DNA of 64,000 nucleotides, from assembly GCA_030704615.1 (NCBI GenBank), contig CM060731.1, positions 59,148,001 through 59,212,000 on the forward strand. The letters run 5' to 3'. The stretch is from Takakia lepidozioides (taxonomy: Eukaryota > Plantae > Bryophyta). Position numbers and translations under genes: made by a program. Positions 62,621 to 64,000 of the stretch are shown one piece after another. The notes below the pieces were generated by a model. The model worked only from the letters and a program-made list of their open reading frames with translations. It was not told where the DNA came from and did not search any database. The number at the start of each line of letters is the position of its first letter. Position 1 is the first letter of the stretch.

Positions 62621-63924
62621 GACCTACAGCTAGTGTATCATGGGGGTGTTTCCTATTTGTTTTCCTTTCCGCATTCATGTTAGCTAGCTACCTTACTATT
62701 GATAATTAAGTATCAGTTTGCTTCATCAATCTATCGGATTCCATCAACTCATCCATTCATTCCACAGCTTCACTCAGATCTCTCTACACAGTGTGAGTAT
62801 GAAGTATGTATCAGATTAATATCTATCAAGTATCAGGCTGAAGCCATGGTGTCTCTAATCTACTCTACATTACAATTCTATAGCTTGCATTCATCAAGTA
62901 ACAACAGATCGTCACTTCTCCTACTCCGTGCTCTTCATCTTTCCACTCAGAGATGTGCTCTCCCCTCTATTTCCAAGCCCTGATGCCAGAAGTCCCCCCC
63001 AAGAAGTGATCTCCCCCCAATCCATCCTCTCCCAGTCCTTGCTCCTAGCTTTATATTCCTACCCGTTGTTCTAACCGTTTCCCTTACTAACCGTCGTCCG
63101 TGAACTAACATGTTCCATTCGCAGGTGTTGTTCCTCACAGTCGTTCCCTGTCCTGCTATCCGTTCCTTATGGTCGTGACAGCTGTGTCAAGCTGTGACTG
63201 GCTGTGTGAAACTATGACGGGCTGTGATTGGCTGTGCGACTGTGTTGGGCTGTGACTGGCTGTGATTGGCTGTGTGGCTGTGACGGGCTGTGTTGGCTGT
63301 GACTGGCTGTGTTGGACTGTGACGGACTGTGACGGGCTGTGTCGGCTGTGACGGGCTGTGTTGGCTATGACGGGCTGTGTAACCCCCCTCTAAAGTGCGC
63401 TGCTGTCACCCCTAAGGCTCCTGTTGGTCTCAGTCTGTGCAAAAATTAAGGGCATTTCCTCCAGAAACTCGCACTCTGTTCTCTGGAAACAGTTGAAGAA
63501 GTTCTGGGGGCGATTATTGTCTCAGGGAGCTCTATTCCCGAAAGCTTGACTGAACGAGGAAAAGTGGTCCGGCGCAAAATCTCAGCGACATCAGCATTCC
63601 TCCGAAGTTCGTCTCCTTCATTGTGACCGGAAGTCAAATGCGTACACACAAAGCAAAAACAGGCTGACAGAGACAGCCCCTCGTGTGCCATTGAGGGCGA
63701 TTATTGTCGGCTTTGAACTGCGCAGCGACACTTCGAGTGGTTCCCGCCTTCCTGTTATGCTCCACTAGGCACACATAGCCAGTCTAACTGCAGGCTCCCG
63801 TATTATATAGTGCTTAAAAACAAAAACGTCACATCTAGCTTAGCACTAGAAAACTAGATACAGCGCATCTCTCTCGAGTGACAGATCCCGTATAAGTGTC
63901 TAAGTCCCAGACAGTCCTCTAACA
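62513..63924 (-). repeat. 5' LTR (1412 bp, including a 428-bp foreign insert)
   Basis: Direct repeat of 50268-51255 apart from the insert at 63453-63880 and the GCTGTG tract. Confidence 0.97.
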
Positions 63925-63929
63925 TGTTC

Positions 63930-64000
63930 CGACCTTATCATAGTGGGGAGTCAAAGGACCACAAGTTCTGGTTCTGCCCAGACGATATGGCACGATGCGT
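63930..64000 (+). pseudogene. Continuation of B2 transposase
   Basis: Removing the LTR element and one TSD restores APTFTGLF-RPYHSGESKDHKFWFCPDDMARC, matching element A's PAPCFSGRF...TFWFCRHD. Confidence 0.9.

Larger units (their letters stand above)
50268..63924 (-). mobile_element. Full-length Ty3/gypsy non-chromoviral (Athila-like) LTR retrotransposon, 13,657 bp
   Basis: TG..CA LTRs, TSD TGTTC at 50263-50267 and 63925-63929, PBS, PPT, order gag-PR-RT-RH-INT; single RNase H ending VADHLSRL; no chromodomain seen. Confidence 0.97.
42835..64000. mobile_element. Mutator-like element B2 (continues beyond window; hosts the LTR retrotransposon)
   Basis: Terminus GAGGTTTACTATTTCATGAGC; cargo gene remnant on -, hairpin array, transposase on + that resumes after the LTR element. 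Confidence 0.9.

Overview
Eukaryotic, almost entirely transposon-derived 64-kb block with GT-AG introns. A degenerate PLS-type PPR relic points to a land plant, most plausibly a non-seed lineage (inference). No intact host gene is present. (1) One complete Ty3/gypsy (Athila-like) LTR retrotransposon at 50268-63924 (- strand, TG..CA LTRs, TGTTC target-site duplication, extra 5' and 3' ORFs) and two partial copies of the same family (1-1975; 4807-9734). (2) CACTA transposase fragments and three CACTA termini. (3) A Sola2-like transposase whose intron holds a satellite and a nested 13.2-kb element. (4) Three large Mutator-like elements (MULEs): A at 19230-32473 (complete, TSD ACTAGAAAG), B1 from 11053 and B2 from 42835. 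Each pairs a GCM-like/MULE-DDE/SWIM transposase with a divergently oriented, intron-containing second gene that fuses a ParB/Srx-like domain (VWDGNHRLLAW) to a beta-class N6A/N4C DNA-methyltransferase-like domain. The elements also carry dense arrays of family-specific perfect palindromes centred on TCGGCGCCGA. This ParB-MTase cargo plus parS-like palindrome arrays is the main candidate novel system; its function is inferred, not shown. Many single-base frameshifts may be long-read assembly errors.
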